64,000 nucleotides of DNA, taken from contig CM052823.1 in NCBI GenBank assembly GCA_028534125.1, positions 83,266,001 through 83,330,000 of the forward strand, given 5' to 3'. Source of the stretch: Lama glama (taxonomy: Eukaryota). Positions 50,701-63,396 of the stretch are shown here, one piece after another. The notes below the pieces were generated by a model that was not told the DNA's origin, made no database searches, and saw only the letters and a program-made list of their open reading frames with translations. Position 1 is the first letter of the stretch; each line of letters opens with the position of its first letter. Made by a program: the position numbers and the translations under genes.

Positions 50701-52367
50701 GTGTGCAGTGAGTGGCAAGGCCGTTTGGTGGTGGGAGCTACACGGATTCCCACATCCCTAGCGAGGACTCAGAGGTCCGCGGGGATCCAGCACGCACAGG
50801 TTTGGAATCCTGGGTCTGGCTCGATGAAGACACTGCTCCCGTTCACGTCTCTGCAGCGCATGAAGGAGCTGGCTTTGCAGTCTTTTCATTTTGCCCCTTT
50901 CACTGGGAGGTGCTCCACTAGGAAAGCTTTGTAATGGATATGCCAACGAAATGCAAACACCAGCCACATTCAAGGGCGCCATTTAACTTGAAAACCCACA
51001 CAAGATCGCTCAGCAAACCACGGCTTTCAAGGGAGCCTGGCTCACTCGACAGACAAGACACTTGATCCTGAACACGCCGCACCACCCGGCCTCCTGCCAC
51101 GGCCGCGCTGGTTCTGACCGTGGAATTTCCAAAACAGACGCCTCCAACAAAGCCAAGAGCACATTTTTGTGGCTTCAGAGTGAAGTGAGGTTTCTCTTTT
51201 ATTAGAGAGAGACGGCATTGCTAAATGGACTCCTTTTCCCCAATAGGGTACCAGTCTCCCACAGTCGGCCTCCCCGCAGAAGTGCAACGGGAAGAGAAAT
51301 ACTCAGGTTCAGGTGCCACGTGGTTGGGAGACTGAAGCTGGCCCCCCAGGAGCCTTGGGAAGGGAGAAGCAATTTCAGCACCACGACTTTTCTGACGCCA
51401 AGAAGACTCTGACAACGAGGGCCAGAGAATCGAATGAGCCAGTCATCATTTCTTAAGGACCCCCCCCCAAAGGGCCAAAAAGGGGTGAAGCTATCAGTGA
51501 GGGAGCTTCCTTGACGGGGGAGTCATGAGCTCAGTTCTTCACTGGCAGAGTAGAAGAGTGAGCCACGTGCAGGGAACACAAGGGAAACTGGTTGGGTGGC
51601 TCAGTGTCAGAGACAGACCTACCACCAGCAAAACAGCCGTTGCAGGCAATCTGGAGGGGACTGATGGGAACCCACTGCTCGTCCTTCAGCACTTTCTCAA
51701 AGACACTGTCCCGATGGAGGATGAACCATTTTAGCAGTAACGGGCAAAAGGAATTAGGAAGGCCAGAAGACTAGCGGTAACTTTGTAGTAATCACCTAAG
51801 AGGGATGTGAGACAGCTTCGGAATGAAGACGGTGGACACGGAATTGATTTAACAGGCACCTGGCCTACCTAAGTCATCAGACTCACTGCCCAACTGTGGA
51901 TTCGATTCCAGGATTTTAGGTGTAGACACGACAGGACAGGGGTTGGCCGTGTGAATCACGGGCCTGAGGAGCTACAGTTACTCTAGAATAAAAGGAGAGT
52001 GGCAGTAAGAGGGTCCCCACTCCTGAAGGCCTCCCAGCACCATGTCCTATCGCTGGACACCCCAGTCCTAGACGTCCCACCCCAAGCAGCCGTTCCCTTG
52101 GGGTGAACTGATACAGTGATGTGGTAAAACAGAAATCATCCAGCTGATTACAAATATCACTGCAACATGGCCTTTCGAGTTGGAGAGGATGTGAAGCTCA
52201 AACAACGTGCTCGTTCTGCAAAGGAGGCAGTGGGCGATGCGGTGTCCCTGGCCTCCGAGAGCGGGATTCGGGGGCACTGGGAGCGTTCTGTTCCTGGCTC
52301 CACCGCGGTCACACCAGATAAAGCTGAGCAAATTCTTCTTCTTTTCTTTTCTTTTTTTTTTTTTTTT

Positions 52368-52461
52368 CTCTTTCCCTGAGCCTCAGATTTTGTATTTGTA
52401 AATAGGAAAGCTGTAACTAAATGGCTTCTAGGTCCCTGCTAGCGCTGACTTCTTGTGTGAT
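52368..52461 (+). mobile_element. MIR3-like fragment
   Basis: ctgagcctcagattttgtatttgtaaatagg...aactaaatggcttctaggtccctgctagcgctgac. Confidence 0.65.
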
Positions 52462-52554
52462 CAGTGCTTCTAAAATTGCAATGTGTCCAGGTGGGGAAGT
52501 TCATTTACCCCCTATCTGGTTTACGCTCACTTAAGGGAGTGATTTCTTCCCTCT

Positions 52555-52726
52555 NNNNNNNNNNNNNNNNNNNNNNNNNNNNNNNNNNNNNNNNNNNNNN
52601 NNNNNNNNNNNNNNNNNNNNNNNNNNNNNNNNNNNNNNNNNNNNNNNNNNNNNNNNNNNNNNNNNNNNNNNNNNNNNNNNNNNNNNNNNNNNNNNNNNNN
52701 NNNNNNNNNNNNNNNNNNNNNNNNNN
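52555..52726. other. assembly gap (N run)
   Basis: run of n. Confidence 1.
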
Positions 52727-53614
52727 TTTTTCATAGATGGGTAATTCTGAGAAAAGCAGCTGGATGTTAAAAGTTACCATTTTTTGGGGGGGAAAAAAAA
52801 AACAGTATAACTGCCTCGGCCAGCAAATCCGATTAAAGCAACATAAAATTCCCCTAGGTTGCAGGCACAAAGATTCTGTTCATGGCAGTAAGTAAATCCA
52901 AAATAAAATCAAAGATTCTGTTTTCCTGTTTATCGACTATGATTTGATTAAGTTCACGTTCGTGGACGTTTCTCCACTTTAACATGTAGACGTTAATAGA
53001 AAGAGTCCTTTGCTTTAATCCAAGTTCTTTCTATTCCTCTAACTTGCTGAATTTGTTGTCTATTAATGTTAGTATAATACGACACATGCCTAAGTACCTC
53101 CTGAAGTGGATTCCTTCTTGCTAGAGCTACTTTGCCATCCAGTATTTGACCTTCTCTCATTTACAGAATTAGCAAACTTTCGTTTGGAATAGAAATGCCA
53201 CCACTTCATCTTCTATCCCCTATAGGATTGTTTTGACGGCTAAATGTGTCTGAGGCATTTTCTCTTAGATATTGGGAAGCCGGATTTTGAAATCACTTGG
53301 CTATTTCAACGTCACTCCCTGACAAAAGAGTAAGAGTCTCTTTCAGTTTAGCTACCGTACTAGGGCTCCTGAAATTGCAAATTTTGTATTTTGAAGCATC
53401 ACATAATCCATCAAAATAAGGATGTGGGTCTTCTTAATTATTGATTCTCCAAAATACGACAATAGACTGTCACATAAAAAGATTTCTAAATTCCACAATA
53501 AAGTAGCCACAAAAAATCATATGTAAGAATTAGGTTAAAGGTCCTCAAGTTGCCCGGCTGCAGGATACCAGGGTTTCTAGTCCCTCTTCTGGCTGGTAAC
53601 TCTGCGGCCTTCTT

Positions 53615-53905
53615 CATCCTTTCATTCACTCATTCATCCTTTCATTCATTCAACTAACACATACTGACCTTGACAGCAAGATACTGTGCTGGGCATTGGG
53701 CACAGAGAAATCACAGAAGATGGTCGCTGTTTTCCAAGAGCCCACAGTCCAGGGGGAAAAAGAGACTTACAAACAGATAACCATCACCGTAGGTATGTTG
53801 CTAACAAGAGGCAGAGTGTGTTAGGAAGGAAAGCAGGAGGTGATGAGGCGGGGAATGCCAGGGTGTCAAGGTTTCTTAAAGAAGGTGATGCCCTGCCGAG
53901 CCTTC
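53615..53905 (-). mobile_element. L2 LINE 3' fragment
   Basis: (ttca)n tail; actgtgctgggcattgggcacagag; ccaagagcccacagtccaggggg; gtttcttaaagaaggtgatgcc. Confidence 0.8.
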
Positions 53906-55251
53906 CCACCTGACCTGGGGGAGGGGGGCTTCAACAGGCCAGCTGAGACTCCTGTAAGACACAGCCTGGGAAGAGACCTTGTGAACCCAAGCACAACAGA
54001 GCGGGCCTGGGACTCCTTCCCACGGTGACAAACCGAAAGCTGCAGCATGATGAATGAGTTCTTCGGCATCTCTGGCTATTGAGGAAAACATCCAAACATG
54101 AATCGGGAGAGGGTTTTTAAAAATCCACTTTCAGCTGATTTTCTCAATCTTATTTGTATTTAGAGAGCATATACATCTCCATTTCACAGAGGAGGAAATT
54201 CAGGCACAGGCCCAGACAGTTAGGAAAGACCATCAGCGAAAAGCGTCCGAGAGCCGCTCAGGCCCGGGTGGGAGTGACAGTGGGCGATGGCATTTTCCCT
54301 TCATCACTCTCCGCCTTAAGGATGACACTCTTTCTGCCAAAAAATGGGAGGAGTGTTTTTTTTTTTTTTTGCTGCATAAAATAAAAAATCACAAGGGAAA
54401 CAAAACCCACATTTGAAACTCCCCAAATATTTTTGAAACAGTTTTCTCCACTTCTTTCCAAGCCAGACAGCACAGAGCAAGTGTGAAGCCCCAGTTCATC
54501 TTTCACTTAAGATGAAGGCAGCCCTGGCAAGCTTGTCATAACTGACCGCGATATGGACCTTCAAGTAAATGAGGAAAGAAGAAAAAATTTAAGAAGGAAT
54601 CTGGAAAGGTTCGAGTCCTCAGAAGACACTGTGGGTACAGGATACCATCCCCAGCTGGCTGGTGAAGTCTGGGAAGATTCAGTGAATGGAGGAGAGGCAG
54701 CCCATGTGGAGAATGGGTTTCAGCCACAGCACAGGGACAAGCACTGGCTTTGTCCAGAGACAGGACGACTCCCAGAGATGTCCTCAGAAGTCACGTGCCA
54801 TCAGGGCTGGCCCCACTGCTGCTCCCAGGTGGGCCACAAGGGCCACAATAAAAAAATCAGACTTAAGTGCACCAGTTCCCTGAACCCCTTCCATCCCAGT
54901 TAATTCTTGTGTGAAGCCAATGGCCGCGATGATCGGAGTGTGCCAGAGTTGACTCATTCATTTCACTTCTGCTCGGTGTTCTCGCCCTGGGGACATGAAG
55001 AGCCAGAAAAATCCAGTCTTTGTGCTGGAGAAGCTCCTGGCTCCAGGCTCAACCCACACACTCTGCAGCACCAAGTGCCGGGGGCAAGAAGAGGAAGGTA
55101 CAGGTGCTGGGGGCACAGACGGGGAGCGACAAGAGCCTTGCGAAACCGCTGATGACAGGGAAGGGCATGGGCGCATGTGAAAACACAGGGGCATTTTGAG
55201 GAGGGAGGAAAAGCTCGTGTCAGACCCAGCGTGGGTGGCCATCTGTTTGGG

Positions 55252-55515
55252 CTGTGGTTCTCAGCCCCCACTGCCCATCAGAATCATTTGGAGAAAAAAA
55301 TACAGATGCCAAATGTCCACCACGCTGTGATGGGTGGTGGTCCATGCACATGAACTATAAACGTTTATATAAAAATTCCAACCATACACTTAAGATTTGT
55401 GTACTATAGTGTCTTAAATCACACCTCAAAAAAATTAAAATACTCATCCCCAGGCCCCATTACCAGACCAATTAAGTCAGAATACAATACACAAAAGCAG
55501 GACTGAAGACCATTG
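55252..55515 (+). mobile_element. MER5-family hAT element interrupted by an L1M 3'-end fragment (~55311-55436)
   Basis: ctgtggttctcagcc...catcagaatcatttggag..aaatacagatgcc | L1: atacacttaagatttgtgtacta...acacctcaaaaaaa | aaatactcatccccaggcccc...agaccaattaagtcagaat...gaagaccattg. Confidence 0.7.
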
Positions 55516-55670
55516 GCCTGGGGGGGGTAGTTTTTTCTTAAATCCCCTCATTTAAAGACCACGATTGTTTGTTTTTACAGCAGGAATCAAAGCCTTATAT
55601 TCCATGATCTACGGAGAAAGTAACATAAATAAAAGGTACTGAAGGTCCTCTTACTGATTTCCTAAAACAA

Positions 55671-55815
55671 GCATTATCTTCAATCCTTTCACACCACTTT
55701 GTGAAATAAGTAGGTTACAGCTCCATTTTATAGATGGGGAAAAGTAAGGCTCTGAGAAGTTACTTTCTTGCTACAGGGTACACAGCCATTAAGCAGCACA
55801 ACTGGGCAGGCATGT
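55671..55815 (-). mobile_element. MIR fragment
   Basis: ctccattttatagatggggaaaagtaaggctctgagaagttactttcttgctacagggtacacagccattaagcagca. Confidence 0.8.
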
Positions 55816-56889
55816 GTATTGTTCCCTGAGGGATCCACGCATCCTTCCTGAAGGGAGTTATTAAATACATCAAGTGAATTTGGGAGCCCACCACCCTTTC
55901 CGACTCAGGCTCTAACAACTCCTCAAAGCGGGAGCTTTTTGCTGCTACAGGAATCATTTCTGCAAACCAATAAGCCTGAAGTCGGCAATGATTAAATTGC
56001 CCCTTGAAGCTCATAGCCACTCGTATGTCTCTGCGTCTTTGGGGTCTCATCTGTGCAATTCATTGCAGCTTCTTCAGTCTGCACCTGAATCTCCAGTCTA
56101 TCATGCTGAGGGTGAGAAGAAATGCCCTCTTAACAAGACCCTGGGCATCACCGGGGCTGTCTGCAATCTAGGCTTCCAAGGAGTATATTCTGCATGAGCA
56201 GCTAACGAAGCTCACAGGAACAGCAGAAACTGCACAGAAGCAGAAAACGACTATTCAGAACATACACCCATGGAGTGACGGCATTAAAGAAATCCTCAAG
56301 GCCCCTAGCAATATAGCTGCCAAAAGGAAAAAAAAGGAAAGACTTCTTATTAAAAAAAAAAAAAAGGCCCAAGTAGAAGTTATAATAAGGATCCACATAC
56401 ATTCTGCAGGTTATAGAAATTATTGCAGCATTAAAAGCGATCATAGCATAACGTCACCTAGTGTGTATGAAATCCTGGACAATATAAGCTGAGTTGCAAA
56501 AAGGCCAGCACAGTCTAGAAACACCAGGGAAATAAGAAGTGCGTGTGAGAGGAAAAACATTCATGTGGTATTTCTGGATCACCGTTCTCAGTGCTTGCAG
56601 GAGAGTCCACAGTGTTTCTGGATGGCACCTCAGCAGTCCTTGGCACTCACACACGTCCTTCCTTTCTCAAGCCAGGCTCTGCTCTTTGAGCTGAAAACTT
56701 CTGGATGTTTCCATTCCATGTTATTCCTTCACTTCCCATTCTATTCCTAAAATCTCGTCACGGAGGATGGAGAGGGGAGGAGGATGGAGAACTAACAAGC
56801 GCTTGAAAAGGGGTACTTTGGGAAAACTGCACACCCACCATCTCCTTAGGATCCAGGCATGAGAATGACAGAGCTAGACGGTGTTTAAA

Positions 56890-56980
56890 ACTGCCCATTT
56901 CCAACTTTAAAACTGAGGGAAGCCAGGCTCAGGGAAGTGAAATGATTTGGTTAAGGTTACAAAGCTGGCTTCCTGGCAGA
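56890..56980 (-). mobile_element. MIR fragment
   Basis: gagggaagccaggctcagggaagtgaaatgatttggttaaggttacaaagctgg. Confidence 0.65.
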
Positions 56981-57394
56981 AACAGATTTAATAAAGCTGT
57001 AGCTTACATTTTATATATGGTTGGAACACTTAAAGCCATTTCCCAGCTAGGTCATAAACACCCCACTGAGGATAGCCCCCTTTTCAGGTGGCAAAACAGG
57101 CTAGGATACTCTGACTTTTTCCCTAAGCGTATGTAGCTAATCAGGGCTGGCTCTGGAACCCTTCCCCGGTACCCAGAAAAGGGCTTATGTTAGGTGTGTG
57201 GCTGGCAGGCAGACGACCCTGCCTACACCAGGCTTCATTAGCCCCAGCCCACCCCGAGTGGAGCTGAGCCATTCCTCTCTGCCCACGCCCCAGCTCAGGG
57301 AGACCGCATTACTGAGGGAAATGCATTCGGGTACCTTCGGGCACATGCCGTACTGAGAAAATTGAGACAAAAGGCGAAGGATGTTCGGGCGCAG

Positions 57395-57598
57395 NNNNNN
57401 NNNNNNNNNNNNNNNNNNNNNNNNNNNNNNNNNNNNNNNNNNNNNNNNNNNNNNNNNNNNNNNNNNNNNNNNNNNNNNNNNNNNNNNNNNNNNNNNNNNN
57501 NNNNNNNNNNNNNNNNNNNNNNNNNNNNNNNNNNNNNNNNNNNNNNNNNNNNNNNNNNNNNNNNNNNNNNNNNNNNNNNNNNNNNNNNNNNNNNNNNN
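57395..57598. other. assembly gap (N run)
   Basis: run of n. Confidence 1.
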
Positions 57599-57716
57599 TT
57601 TCCTGGGGCTCCACTCCTGTGTCTAGGCTCTGCTGTATCACCGGGGGGAGGGGGTTGCATCCTACATGCGAAGTGAGAATTTTTCTCGATACACCAAGGG
57701 CTCAGTTAGCTGCCTC

Positions 57717-57717
57717 T

Positions 57718-57750
<33 letters not shown>

Positions 57751-57764
57751 CGCGCATGCATGTG
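57717..57764 (+). repeat. compound (TG)12(CG)4... microsatellite
   Basis: 48 bp of uninterrupted pyrimidine-purine alternation. Confidence 0.95.
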
Positions 57765-58014
57765 AGTGCAAGGGGAGCAAAGCTTCCACTGACTCACAGA
57801 CCAGTGCATGTCAAAGCAGAGCAGCTAATGAACCATCCCAAAGAATGACGGCACCATCTCGTCTGTCTTCCTCCCCCTGGGATACACCAGGCTGTCTAAT
57901 CTACTTTAGGGCACGCAGGAAGAGCCTCTGAAGGGTTTCCTGATCCCCCGGAAACACCTCGGATAGAACTACCTACAGATTGGGAACGGTTCCTATACCT
58001 AGGAACCATGGACG

Positions 58015-58175
58015 GTACCTAGGTAGTCTTCAAAAATGCTGATATTTCAGCTCCCCAAGTCCCTCCAGAGATTCTGATGTAACTGGTCTGGAGTGCAGCC
58101 GAGGCACTGGGATTTTTAACCCCCTCCTCGCCTCCCCAGGTGACTGTTACGTGCAGGCAAGGCTGAGAAGCACTG
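58015..58175 (+). mobile_element. MER5-family hAT-Charlie element
   Basis: aaaaatgctgatat...ccagagattctgatgtaactggtctggagtgcagccgaggcactgggatttttaa...ccccaggtgactgttacgtgcaggcaaggctgagaagcactg. Confidence 0.8.
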
Positions 58176-59179
58176 CTCGCCTAGGCCTAGGGGAGATTTC
58201 CCCGCATGTCCCCAACCTAAGTGTCTTCCCATCCGCCACGTCCACCTCTGCCCAGGAAGAGGGAGGCTGTCCACTCCCTCCGTGCTGGGGCCAACCTTTC
58301 CAAGCCCTTGCCATCTCTAGGCAGGATGCTGGTGAAAAGACAGGCACAGCCACTTCTGACTGCTTCCAAGCCCTTGAAGTCTCTTATTCTACTAAATATA
58401 ATGCTTATCAAGCCTCAGACTTTTAAGTACAAGCGAACAGCCGTTGGAAGCCCGTGCAAGGTTCCTTCCCCCTAAGCACCCAGTACCCCGCCGGCTCCGC
58501 TGAGTCCCTTCAAAGCACATTGCCCTCCCTGCTCCCCAAGGCCAGCCTCCCATCTCTTGGCCAATTATGCAGTCTGGCACCCCCCACCATTCAGGTATCA
58601 GCTTTTCCTTTAAGCCATTCCCTTATCAGGGCTCAGAGATAATGCAAACACTAGGGAAATACTATTTTTATATTCTAGTGGGTACAGCTTATAATAATTC
58701 ATGCTGGTAGGTTTTGTTTCCCATACACTCGGATCCTGACTGCAGTTCACCTCCAGGCAGCAGCAGAGTGGATGCAAGTTGGAGGCAGCGGGGGAGGCAC
58801 CTGCCTGCGTTAGATGCCAATTCAGCACCCTCTCTCCGCCTGCTTAAGACCGGAGTGCAGCGTGGCCGCCCAGGTCTGGCTTTTCATAAAGCAGCTCAGG
58901 AAGACCAAGGGCAGAAGAAGGCCTAACTTGAACGTGGCTTTCTAACCAGAGAATCACAGGAGAAGAAAGACCCTGGAGTGCCCCCACATAGGTCACCAAA
59001 AGCAACACCTTGTCTGGATTTATTCAACCATTTTTTAACTTTCCTTTTGGTTTTTTTTTTTTTCTCCACATCACTTTTCCCTAGTTCCTTTACTTTTCCA
59101 ACCCCCTCCGAGAGTAAGAAAAACTCAATCCTCACGCAGACGCTACAGTTTATGAGCCTGAGAGTTCTGAGTGGAACGC

Positions 59180-59275
59180 CTTTCTGGGTCTCAGTTTCCC
59201 CATCTGATAAGGAGATCACACTTCACGAGATGACTGCTCATCTTCCCTCCCCACCTCACATGACTCTTAGACTGC
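59180..59275 (+). mobile_element. MIR/MIR3 fragment
   Basis: core tttctgggtctcagtttccccatctgataa. Confidence 0.65.
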
Positions 59276-60739
59276 AATCCCTTTTTACTTCATTGGAATC
59301 TTTAGGTCTTTGTTCCAGCATCTAATCCACAGCATGTGTTAACACTGTTATCCTTCCTGTACAACCCCATTCCAGTTCACCCCTAGAAGGGTGTGTTTGG
59401 GTTGGTGGGGGGAAGAGAGAATCCAAAGAATTCAATTTTTTTAAAAACTCATCCCCTTTTCCTGTTACGGTAGCACTGGTGGTATGAAAATTAATTGGCA
59501 GTAAAATATAAAACTGCTTTTCCCACTGTCACATCTTACATCTAATAACATTAGTATTCTTATCAAAAGACAATTACCACCCAATTGCAAAAACTACATC
59601 TTTTGAGGGCAAAAACAAGAGGCTACTGCAAAACATGGTATTAAATGCCCCATCTATGTTTATGCAAACTAATAGAGTTCGGTTAATATTCTCGATATTA
59701 CATGTAGAGAGGTATGAAATTACAAATTCGGGACAGTTGGTAATTGTTTATCTGCAGAGTAGTTTAGATTACAAGCTACGAATATGCTACTATTCTGAAT
59801 GATGTTCAGACAAGGAGGCACAGAAAGTCTATTAGTTTTGCTTGAACTCATGCTTTTTTCAATTATATATCAAATCATTCTGCTAGATTACAATGAATGT
59901 GATATATTATTTGATCCCAAATATTTCCTTTTGTAAAAGTTAGATTAGAATAAAGTAACTTTATTACACCGTTTCCATTATTTTTCCTGTGGACAGTCTT
60001 TTAATTGACAATGCTTCTGATTCCTTGAGCAAATGCTGTTAAAATTCTGCTTCTTTTTCTGTCCTTCCCCATTTTTTGTCCAAGTTGATTCAGAGCTGCC
60101 GACAAGGATGAACCTAAAATTTGTTTCCCATCAAGCCGTGCTATCAAATGCTTTTGATCTGAATAAAATCAGTACCATTAGCACATTTTTAAAAAATCAA
60201 TTAGCTGAAAGGTAGTGAAAAATTGTCACATTTACTGGAAGCAATATTTTAATAGCCACAGGAACTGCAGCATAGAACCCAAGAAAGCAAAATTTCACAA
60301 TGGGAAGCCATACTATAATACCAGTTGACACCAGTATTAATTTCATCTTTTTGAGGTCTCCTATTACATTAAATTATAGTTTTGTAGCTGAGTAATGAGG
60401 GCTGAGAAGATTTCTGGTCACTTTTCTTTAGAAAGTCCCTTTTCGGAGGCCACGAGGAATTAACCTTGGCTATCATTAACCACTCCTCCAGTCAACAGAC
60501 AGACTTTGATTTTCCATGTCCTCCAATCAACAAAAGCTCTAAAAAATTTTCTTTTTAGTAAGTACTATATGGAGACAGCGAAGAACACTAACAGAGAAAA
60601 TTACTATCCAGAGAGTTGAAATTAACAAGTTATTACTACTTGTTAATAGAAGTTGCTTTCTCTTCCAGACGCCATATACATACTTTTCATGACTTACTGC
60701 ATTTAGCCACGATAACCAACCCCCCATAAATACACACAC

Positions 60740-60820
60740 CTGATGAAGATTAAAATCCCCATTTTACATATATGAGAACTGAAACTTAAAAAACCCAAGT
60801 AACTTGCCCAGGGAAGTTTC
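60740..60820 (-). mobile_element. MIR fragment
   Basis: atccccattttacatatatgagaactgaaac...aagtaacttgcccaggg. Confidence 0.75.
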
Positions 60821-63239
60821 AATGCTGGAAACTCCCTTGCCTGCGATGCAGATCATGCTCCCTCCACCAGGCTGTCCTCTTGGGGTGGATAGCAAAACCG
60901 ATAAAGCTTCCAAGCATCAAGTGCCTTAGGTTGGCAAGTCAATAACCTAAGGCCAACAACACTGTGCATTTTATTCTCCCAGTACATTATTGGTAGAGAA
61001 CAAATTGCCCTGGGAGAGGTATTGCATAATTTCATCTGGAGCATCGTCCTTCTGCAGCAGCAAACGCAAACATGCACACTAAAATCATGTTGCAATTAAA
61101 ATCCAATTATAAATATATTATGATATTAGTCACCTACCCAGGAAAGATCCAGCAGGGACCGCCTCTGAAAGGCAGTGTGTCATAGTCTTCCAGCTGCTTC
61201 CACGTGTACTTCTGACTGTGCCCCCTGACCTGGAGTGTGTGGTAAACAATGCCTGACAGCCTGTCTCCAACAGCAAAAGGACTTGGTTTATTTCTTGTGA
61301 TGGACTAACTTTATTAACACCATTACCAATTCACTTTGGAGGATGGCATGGGAAAGATATTAAGTCTTCCCCCGCAGATTATTTATTAAACAAATTAAAT
61401 ACAGTATTTCAGCTGGTGGGAATCAAGAGATGGAATTTGTGTGAGGTCAGGAAAATCAGAGGCACAAAAAAAGGTCCCCACGTGACTTTACATCCTTTCA
61501 GCTCTTTGTTTAAACCACCTGTTATTTCACTGACTTGAAATATTCAGCCCATCCTCATCCCGAGAAAGGCAGTCATTTCCCCACTACCCAAGATTTTTTT
61601 TTTTCTCTCACACGATTTACCAACCAAATTAATGGCAGTAACAAATATGCAGCCAATCTGGAAGCCCAGGGATTTCCTTCCAACTGCTGGCATTTACGTT
61701 GATTTTCTTTAATTTGACAGAACATGTCAACGGCAGAACCCAGCCTTCCAATACTTTTCACCAGTTGTCCTTAAGTTCATCTGCCATAGTTAACACAGGC
61801 CATCCAGGCAGATCACCCAGCGCAACTCTACTCGACCACCCGGCTCCCCAGCAAGGACACAGTATTAGGACTGGCTCTCAATTATTTTTCATTTAGGAAA
61901 AGGTCTAAGGGCCAGAAGTTGGACCCCCACGGTTTCTTTTTAAGTGGTCTGGCACAGACTACGAGTCTACACTGTACGCACCAGCTTCTCCAAGCTACAA
62001 GACAGGTGCTAATTAATCTACTTAATTATGTAGTCAGTGGAAGAGGCTTACCCATAGGATTCTAAATCTGGAGAAAAAAATAGGAAGCGGAAAGGGAGGG
62101 AAAATGCTTTTGATTTCACACTGAAACCACTTCAGGAATCAGCTTACTTGTCGTTTCTGTTTAAGTTGGATTGATTCTTACATTTCCTCTCTATCATGAC
62201 TGCTGTGTTTTTGTTTTTTTGTTTTTTTTTCTCCTCCAGGAGTACACTTTAAAAAAATGATAAATTAACTTAAGAATGAATATCTCACCTTTTTGTTTTT
62301 AAACTGCAAATAAAGCAAGAAAAAAATTCAAATCCAAATAGTACACAAACTGCAGATCAGGCCCATGAAATGCACAAGACCCCAAACGATGCTGTAATTC
62401 CAGCAGGCTCCTGTCTGCAGTTAACCACTCTCAGGGCTCGTCCCTGGGATTCTCCAGGCGCCCATACAAATGAACTTAATTACAGATACCATGAGCACAG
62501 GCCTCTGAGGCTGTGGATGACGTGAGATAAGCCAGGGATGCCAGGAGAGAGAAAACCTGGGGGGTGCAATCGATTTTGTCACATATCCTCCCTCGGTCTT
62601 TCCAGCTTCACGGAAGGGCTGAAATGTTGTTTCTCTGGCTCTCAACTGCCAGGAACACATATGAAGGCTGTGATGTGTGTCAGGGAAGGGAAAAGGAGGA
62701 CGCCCGCTGCATTCCTCTAGGGAAATAAAAGCAGATCACAAGGGAGATATTCTCTCAGGGCACAATCCAACACTGGCAGAGCATCTCGAGAGAAAGGACG
62801 TCGTCACGTGATAAGTAAAGTCAAAAGGCATGAGCAGACCGTGGTCCAGGAGGAAGAATCACCCACCTGCTCCTACACAGTAACTTACACGGCGTCCACA
62901 AAAAACACCGGCCACACAGGCGTGCGCCCATGTCCCGTCCCCATCTGTGAATTCCCTAACCCTTTAGACAACAATAATTTATTGTCATGAACTGAGATAG
63001 CTGGAAATCATTTTGTAAATGAGTAACTTAAGAATTCACATGTCTCGTTGACACTAAATGACTTTCCAGCTGGGCAGAAAAATCAAACTCTCGCATTTGG
63101 CAGTTTTACAAGTTGTTATGAAAATACGTCTCCTCTTTATCTGATCTGTTTCTAGATACTTGCCTCCCTTCTGGATATTTTCCTCTCCTGTATGCTACCG
63201 CAGGTATACGAAGAGGCTTAAAAAAAATCTGGTACCGAG

Positions 63240-63396
63240 TGTGAGCCGTGGGCAAATTAAGAAAAAAGTAAAATGGAGGTAAGTATATCTGTTTCTAACG
63301 TCCTCAAGAGAATTCAATGAGCGAAACGTAGGTTAAGCGTTCAGCACAGAACTCGGAAGGTAAGTCCTCAGTACATGCTAGCTGGTGGTGGCATTA
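63240..63396 (+). mobile_element. MIR fragment
   Basis: tgtgagccgtgggcaaattaa...gtaaaatggagg...gagaattcaatgagcgaaacgtaggttaagcgttcagcacag...taagtcctcagtacatgctagctg. Confidence 0.7.

Noticed and set aside
54553-54903. 116-aa ATG ORF with a protein-like charged N-terminus (MDLQVNEERRKNLRR...)
   Set aside because: No recognisable family, poly(A)/TSD or splice context; cannot be supported without a database search
60621-60647. Perfect 10-bp hairpin attaacaagt-N7-acttgttaat (similar 8-bp stem at 57988-58007)
   Set aside because: Expected by chance in 64 kb of AT-rich DNA and far too short for a pre-miRNA
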